A DNA stretch of 64,000 bases from Candidatus Dormiibacterota bacterium (GTDB taxonomy: Bacteria > Chloroflexota > Dormibacteria > CF-121), in the NCBI GenBank assembly GCA_035544955.1, contig DASZZN010000014.1:196811-260810 (forward strand), given 5' to 3'. Positions 58,770 through 64,000 of the stretch are shown here, piece by piece. Position numbers and translations under genes: made by a program. The stretch's first letter is position 1. Each line of letters begins with the position of its first letter. The notes under the pieces are model-generated. The model was not told the origin of the DNA. It made no database searches and worked only from the letters and a program-made list of their open reading frames with translations.

Positions 58770-58936
58770 TTGCGATCAGCATGCACGCCCCGGCCCTGGT
58801 CCGATAGGCCATGGGGTCACGTCGCTTTCGGGTCCTTCGACCCTAAACGATGCACTTGGCGGAAGGCACGATTGGTGTACGGCATCGTTGGAAAACCCGC
58901 CGGCTTGCGTGAGCGGGCCGGCAACTGAGGTGCACC

Positions 58937-59326
58937 ATGAGAATCGGTCAGCTCTCGCGATCCGAACTGGTGACGGGCGCCCTGGCCGACACACTCAGTC
59001 AGGCGGCGAGCCGGATGCGCTACGCCGACGTGAGCGCGCTTCCCGTGGTGGAGGCCGGCGAATTGGTGGGCATCCTCACCGAGCGCGACCTGACTCGTGC
59101 CGCGGCGGAGGGGGTCGATCCCCGCAGCCATACGGTGGCTGCTTTCATGAGCCTGGGCCCGATCACCGCGGATCCGAACGAGGACTCGGACGATGTGGCA
59201 GCGCGCATGCTCGAACTCGGCATCCGGCATCTGCCGGTGATTGAGCGTGGCAAGCTGGCTGGGATCGTTTCGATGCGCGACCTGTTCCTGCTCCAGACCC
59301 TGCGCGGCCGACCAGACGTGTCATGA
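58937..59326 (+). CDS. CBS-domain pair protein (hypoxic-response-protein-like)
   Basis: Two CBS motifs (…SALPVVEAGELVGILTERDL… and …IRHLPVIERGKLAGIVSMRDLF). GAGG RBS. Confidence 0.8.
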   Translation: MRIGQLSRSELVTGALADTLSQAASRMRYADVSALPVVEAGELVGILTERDLTRAAAEGVDPRSHTVAAFMSLGPITADPNEDSDDVAARMLELGIRHLPVIERGKLAGIVSMRDLFLLQTLRGRPDVS

Positions 59327-59861
59327 GTCCCGTGCCTGGCCTGACAGAGGTCGGCGCCAGGGCCGGGTCATCGGCGGCCAACTCAGACTGGGCGCTGGCG
59401 CTCGGCGCCGTCGCCGCGGTCCTGGTTGTGGTGGGCTATGCCGTGGTTGTCGGGATGACGGTGGCCGGCTGGCGGGCGTCCCGGCGGCAGCGTGGACGGC
59501 CAGGGCCGCGGCGGCTGGCGGCCGTAATAGGCTCGGCGGGTCCAGTCACCGCGGACGATCTCATCGACGTGCACGCTGCTCTCTCGGATGCCACCAGTCT
59601 GCGGATGATCGCTGGGGAAACTCCTGCTGTACGAGAGCCGGACCTCACCTCCGCGCATCATTCTTAGCCCGTTCGGCAAGGTCCTGGCAATGGCCTGCGG
59701 TCAAGGCCTCCACTTGCGCCAGGAGGAGATCGGGCCGCCCTGGTCCTGAACTTCCGGTGACCTCGGTCCCGGCGGAATCGGGACGGATGGCCGATCAACC
59801 GCTTCCGGGCGGCCGATACGCTCAAGTCAGCACTCAAGCAAGTCTCAAAAGGAGGACTGAA

Positions 59862-60509
59862 ATGAGAGTCTTTGGGGTGAACCCCTCCGCAAGCACACAG
59901 ATTCCTGAACCGCCGATCGCTCGCTTCCTGTTCGCCGATACCCGCATGGCCTGGTTCTGGCTGATCGTCCGCCTCTACCTGGGCTACGAATGGCTGACCG
60001 CCGGTTGGGAGAAGATGACCGGCACCAGCATCAACATCACGTCGTTCGGCAAGTCGGTTGGAGGCGCCTGGGTCTTCGGGCCCAACGACGGCGCTGCGAT
60101 CGCCGGCTTCGCGAAGCACGCCGCGAGCCTGTCAACCGGCGCGCACCCGGCCGTCCAGAGCTGGTACGCGAGCTTCCTGACGAACTTCGTGCAGCCGAAT
60201 GCCGCGTTCTTCTCCTACCTCGTCACGTTCGGCGAGGTGCTGGTGGGGATCGGCCTGATCGTGGGTGGTCTGACCGGGATCGCCGCCTTCTTCGGGCTCG
60301 TGATGAACTTCAACTACCTGCTGGCGGGCGCGGTCAGCACCAACCCCGTCCTCGGCGTCCTGGCGCTCTTCGTGATCATGGCCTGGCGGATCGCCGGCTA
60401 CTATGGCCTCGACCGGTACCTGCTTCCCCTCCTGGGAACTCCCTGGACCGGCCCGCTGCCGAAAGCGTTCGCACCGGCAACGACCAACAAGCCCGCGGTG
60501 ACGGCCTGA
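59862..60509 (+). CDS. DoxX-like membrane protein
   Basis: I placed the start at the ATG at 59862 with an AAAGGAGG RBS. Four TM helices (WFWLIVRLYLGYEWLTAGW…). The ORF-track upstream extension overlapping the CBS gene is rejected. Confidence 0.5.
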   Translation: MRVFGVNPSASTQIPEPPIARFLFADTRMAWFWLIVRLYLGYEWLTAGWEKMTGTSINITSFGKSVGGAWVFGPNDGAAIAGFAKHAASLSTGAHPAVQSWYASFLTNFVQPNAAFFSYLVTFGEVLVGIGLIVGGLTGIAAFFGLVMNFNYLLAGAVSTNPVLGVLALFVIMAWRIAGYYGLDRYLLPLLGTPWTGPLPKAFAPATTNKPAVTA

Positions 60510-60680
60510 CCTCTTCGACACTGCGGTCGACCTGGAATGCCGGGCCGACCGCTTTTTCGTCTCGGGCCCCCTCGCAGCTATCTCCTGCCGGAAGTCCTCC
60601 CGGATTCGGGCCTAATGACTGGTGTTGCAACCGCGGGCCCGGCCGATCCTGAACCTAACCATGACAAGGAGGACATCACC

Positions 60681-61193
60681 ATGATCACCCTCACGCCGCC
60701 GATCCCAGACGAGCGTCGGCCGTTTGCAGCGCCGATCGAGGCAATGCAGCGCGCGGCCGAGGCGGTCGGCCAAGCATCACTTGCCGAACTCCGGGCGCAG
60801 ATCGACGCGACCTACACCTTCATGGCGGATCAGTTCATCCTGAAGGCCCAGGCCGGGGAGCAGACGACGGCGACACGCCTGGTTCGAAAGCTGCTGGCGC
60901 TTCGGGAGCGCCTCGTGTACAGCGAGTTCGGTGCCGCGGAGCAATATGCCCTTCGGAGCGTGCTATACGACCTCGATGAGCTCGTTGAACTTCACGCCTT
61001 TAAGGGCGGGACAACGATGGCACAGATCCCAGTCGGCGATCAAACGCCATTGCCTCCGCCACCGGATACCGCCACGACGAGCCAGGGCAGCTACTACCTG
61101 CGCTGGAAGCTCTATCGGGCCCAGGGTTCTCTGGTTGCCGCCGACGCTCAGCCTACGCTGGAGTCAAAGCCCACGACCGCCACCAAGCCGTAG
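60681..61193 (+). CDS. Hypothetical protein (170 aa)
   Basis: I placed the start at the internal ATG with an AAGGAGG RBS. No motif. Confidence 0.45.
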   Translation: MITLTPPIPDERRPFAAPIEAMQRAAEAVGQASLAELRAQIDATYTFMADQFILKAQAGEQTTATRLVRKLLALRERLVYSEFGAAEQYALRSVLYDLDELVELHAFKGGTTMAQIPVGDQTPLPPPPDTATTSQGSYYLRWKLYRAQGSLVAADAQPTLESKPTTATKP

Positions 61194-61316
61194 TCCTGTC
61201 CCCGATGCCGTCGATCATCCGCCGCTGAACGACCCAAAGATCCCGGGTCGTTCAGCCCTGGGCTGTGGCGCCCAATCCGGATACGTTGGTCAGCGGACAC
61301 CGTTCTAAGGAGGTGT

Positions 61317-61835
61317 ATGTCCATGTTAAGGAGCATTTGGGACGAGCTGGAGGACATGAATCGGAAGTTCGACGAGGCGTTTCCCACGTTTTCGCCGCCG
61401 CCGGTCCGGAGGTACTCGAGCTTCCTTCGCGTACCGACGGTGACTTACGAGCGTCCGTTCGTTCCGGTAAGCGACGTCTTTGCCCTCAAGGGTGACCTGG
61501 TGATCCGGCTCGAGCTGCCGGGTATCGACCCGGAGACGGACGTCAAGATCGCGCTCGCAGAGGGCGAACTGGTCATCACCGGGGAGCGCAAGGTCGAGAA
61601 GATGGTCGAGGAGAAGGCCTTCTATCGGATGGAGACCTGGTCTGGCACCTTCGAACGTCACTTTCCCGTCCCCGAGACGATCGATGAGAACGCCATTGCG
61701 GCGACCTACAAGGACGGCATCCTGGAGGTGGTCGTGAAGGGCGCCCTGCAGCACCTCGAGGCCAAGAAGGAGAAGGCCGCGACGATCCCGATCCAGGTGG
61801 AGAAGGAGAAGGAACTGCTCACGTCAAAGGCCTGA
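61317..61835 (+). CDS. Hsp20/alpha-crystallin family small heat-shock protein
   Basis: Alpha-crystallin domain (DLVIRLELPGIDPETDVKIALAEGELVITGER…GTFERHFPVPETID…ATYKDGILEVVV). AAGGAGG RBS. Confidence 0.85.
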   Translation: MSMLRSIWDELEDMNRKFDEAFPTFSPPPVRRYSSFLRVPTVTYERPFVPVSDVFALKGDLVIRLELPGIDPETDVKIALAEGELVITGERKVEKMVEEKAFYRMETWSGTFERHFPVPETIDENAIAATYKDGILEVVVKGALQHLEAKKEKAATIPIQVEKEKELLTSKA

Positions 61836-61856
61836 GCCTCGGCGACCTCGCTCTCA

Positions 61857-61879
61857 AGGCGGCGACGTTCGCCGCCTTG
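61857..61879 (+). terminator. Possible hairpin terminator after the Hsp20 gene
   Basis: AAGGCGGCG-acgtt-CGCCGCCTT (9-bp GC-rich stem) 22 nt after the stop. No U-tract. Confidence 0.3.
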
Positions 61880-61984
61880 ATCTCTAGTCAGGACCATGGT
61901 CCGCTCCCGGCCGGGCCCTAGGTCTCTATTTCAGCCCTGGTTGACCGGGCATCCTCAAGGTAGAAGCAAGTGAGGTGAACAAAA

Positions 61985-62458
61985 ATGTTTCAGCACATTC
62001 TGATCGCGGTCGACGGATCGCCGCATTCGCAGCAGACCATCCCGACGGCCATCGAACTCGCCAAGAAGTTCGGTGGCGACGTCTACGTCCTGCACGTGCG
62101 GGAGCGAGACATGGGACGGGCGGGTGCCTACCCGCTCGAGACGTCAGAGGATGCCCAGCAGCTAGTCAAGGAAGCCGTGAAGAAGGTCCGTGACGCCGGC
62201 GTTCCGGTACGGGGAGAGGCCTTCGGAGCGATGACCGGGCACGCGGCCAAGGCCATCGTGGAAACTGCGAAGACTGAGGGGTCGGATCTAATCATCATGG
62301 GATCCCGCGGGCTCTCCGACCTGGCGGGCCTGCTGTTGGGCAGCGTCACCCATAAGGTGGCCCAGCTAACCCACACGCCCGTATTGATCGTCCGCGCGCC
62401 CGAACTGGCCGCCAAGGCGGAGCCGGTCGGCGTAGCAGCCGAGAAGACCGTTTCGTAG
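61985..62458 (+). CDS. Universal stress protein (UspA family)
   Basis: ILIAVDGSPHSQ…DLIIMGSRGLSDLAGLLLGSVTHKVAQLTHTPVLIV (ATP-binding USP signature). Confidence 0.85.
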   Translation: MFQHILIAVDGSPHSQQTIPTAIELAKKFGGDVYVLHVRERDMGRAGAYPLETSEDAQQLVKEAVKKVRDAGVPVRGEAFGAMTGHAAKAIVETAKTEGSDLIIMGSRGLSDLAGLLLGSVTHKVAQLTHTPVLIVRAPELAAKAEPVGVAAEKTVS

Positions 62459-62970
62459 CCGCTCTTTCGAGTCCGTACGACTGGACCGCTCCTGCAGACT
62501 TTGGCGATCCATCCCGCTAGAGGCTGCAGGATCCGAGCGGCGACGACTCCGGCTAGGCGATTCGCAGAGCGCCGGGATGTGACAGACTGCTTACCGGCAC
62601 AAGGGCCTCGAACGGAGCGTAGAGCACTCGGAAGGTGCGATCAGCCAGCCTGTGCTTGACGGCGAGCGCGCTGGCCGCCGCGATCGCTGCATCAATCGCC
62701 GCGTTCGCCATGTCGGGTTCCATGAGGGCGTCGCGCTGTGGCCGTCGAGCTGCCTGAAGGACCGCGGCTGGAACTGACGCCCATAGCTCCGCACTGGCGC
62801 TGCGGGCGGCTTCGATCGCGGCCAGGCCCGTGGACCATTCTGGATCCTGAGAGGAGGTACGAAAACTCAGAGCGACTGTGTACCACCAGATTGGCTTCTG
62901 ATGATCGATGGCGGCAAGGAAACGCTCAACCAGATCTGCGTTGGGCGCTCTTGTACTCGGTCCGATGGGT

Positions 62971-63468
62971 TCACCAGTGTTGGGCGTCGCGGAGCAGGCG
63001 GCGCACGGCGAGCAGCAGGGATTCCCGTCCCGGATCGGCAGTCAGGCAGGCGATCTGTTCGGGCCGAAACGACTGCTTGCGATGCGGCTGGCTGGAGATG
63101 ACCACGACTGGCTTGCCCAGAGCCAGGTAGTGGCGAAGCAGTCGCCATCCCGGGAGTCCCTTGCGGGACACGGTACTTAGTGGCTGCGAGTTCAGAACCA
63201 CGATGTCGGCCGCCATGGACAGAGCACATCGCTCGCCACGCGCGCCCAAACACGTGAAGTCGGGCGCGTGCGGTCCCGGGCAGTTGATGGGTTGCAGACC
63301 GGCTTCTTCGAGCCAGGCGCCGTACTGGTCGCGGCGGACCTCGTTCGGTTCAACGAGAAGGACGGTGCCCGTCAATCGATCCTGACCGTGCCGCTCGCGG
63401 AGTAGGTCGCGTTCATCGGACGCCTTCGCTTCTGGCCGATTCCGGTCGATCTCGACGTCCATCGACAC
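62971..63468 (-). CDS. Degenerate receiver (REC)-like protein with Cys-rich insert, paralog 2
   Basis: VLLVEPNEVRRDQYGAWLEEAGLQPINCPGPHAPDFTCLGARGERCAL…ADIVVLN is homologous to 58317..58769. GTG start. Confidence 0.5.
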   Translation of the reverse strand: MSMDVEIDRNRPEAKASDERDLLRERHGQDRLTGTVLLVEPNEVRRDQYGAWLEEAGLQPINCPGPHAPDFTCLGARGERCALSMAADIVVLNSQPLSTVSRKGLPGWRLLRHYLALGKPVVVISSQPHRKQSFRPEQIACLTADPGRESLLLAVRRLLRDAQHW

Positions 63469-63700
63469 AATCCTGCGGCATAAGTTCGCTGGCCCTACGG
63501 GTCATCCGGCCCCCTGCTGCCGGGACCTTAGTCCCGCGGCCCAAGGGGGCGGTGATCGGTTCCCCCAAAGCGGTGACTCGGACAACCCTCGTTTCCAGAC
63601 TCTGCCGCGCTGAGGCGAACGGTCCTGAGAAGAGAGGACCAATGTCCCTGACGTGAAGAGGTGTGGGGAGGCATCCTTTGACGGACAAGGCTTAATAAGG

Positions 63701-64000
63701 ATGTTTGCCCAGCATGTCGTTCCGCTTCCGTACAGCTTTAGCACCGTCGAACGCGCTCTGACGGACCCAGAACGCGCCTGGACGGTCGGGCTGGACGGAG
63801 CAGGCGGTGCCGAACTGCTGGCTCGAGTCGGAGTGAAGATCGCTCGAGTGCCGGTGTACAAGCACGTGAAGCTCGAGCTCGGTCAGCCGCCGCTGAGGAT
63901 CGGCGCCAATCGGATGCTGATGCCCGTCAGCTGGCAGACCTCTGGGGGACCGCCGCTTTTTCCAGCGCTCGAAGGCCACCTCGAAATTGAGGGAGCCGGC
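63701..64000 (+). CDS. Hypothetical protein, 5' partial (runs off the window end)
   Basis: ATG at about 63701 preceded by taAGGatg. 100 in-frame codons without a stop to the window edge, with GC3-rich codon usage. Not in the ORF track because no stop lies within the window. Confidence 0.35.
   Translation, partial: MFAQHVVPLPYSFSTVERALTDPERAWTVGLDGAGGAELLARVGVKIARVPVYKHVKLELGQPPLRIGANRMLMPVSWQTSGGPPLFPALEGHLEIEGAG

Noticed and set aside
59241-59861. 207-codon upstream extension of the DoxX-like ORF overlapping the CBS gene
   Set aside because: Arg/Gly/Cys-rich junk translation across a well-supported CBS gene. The internal ATG at 59862 has a strong RBS.
1-64000. CRISPR array / rRNA genes
   Set aside because: No regularly spaced short direct repeats and no rRNA-like conserved stretches were seen anywhere in the window.

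Overview
This is a high-GC (roughly 65%) bacterial window that splits into two parts. Coordinates derived by hand rather than taken from the ORF track are approximate to about one nucleotide.

Roughly 1-34.2 kb looks like a mosaic mobile/defense island. It holds a 1393-aa FtsK/SpoIIIE-domain protein that converges on, and overlaps, a fused HhH-GPD [4Fe-4S] glycosylase::C5-cytosine methyltransferase. The methyltransferase is ATGA-coupled to an AlpA-like HTH gene. A classical xis-int (tyrosine recombinase) pair follows and is co-directional with an operon of amidoligase, ATP-grasp ligase, a Cys-rich unknown protein and a frameshifted ParB-like gene. The island also carries an Mrr type IV restriction enzyme, a frameshifted GIY-YIG nuclease gene, a SPARSA system (SIR2-APAZ plus short pAgo, TAGTG-coupled), an SF1 Upf1/DNA2-like helicase flanked by unknowns, an XRE regulator, and a family of paralogous secreted/lipoproteins.

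From about 34.4 kb on the content looks like core chromosome. It has three ECF sigma/anti-sigma pairs, one with a textbook GGAAC-N16-CGTCT promoter. It also has two APH-family kinases, a SAM methyltransferase, GrpB, an SDR, and a TetR gene with a perfect 14-bp operator palindrome. Further genes are a Tat-exported Acg-like nitroreductase, a cupin, a GntR-ABC transporter operon, an IS3 transposase remnant, and a dormancy-like cluster (CBS, DoxX-like, Hsp20, USP) bracketed by two paralogous degenerate receiver-like proteins.

I found no rRNA, tRNA or CRISPR array. The most likely undescribed system is the int-linked amidoligase/ATP-grasp/Cys-rich/ParB operon. Its two ligases share a homologous N-terminal peptide. 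The giant FtsK-domain protein convergent with the glycosylase-MTase fusion is the second candidate.
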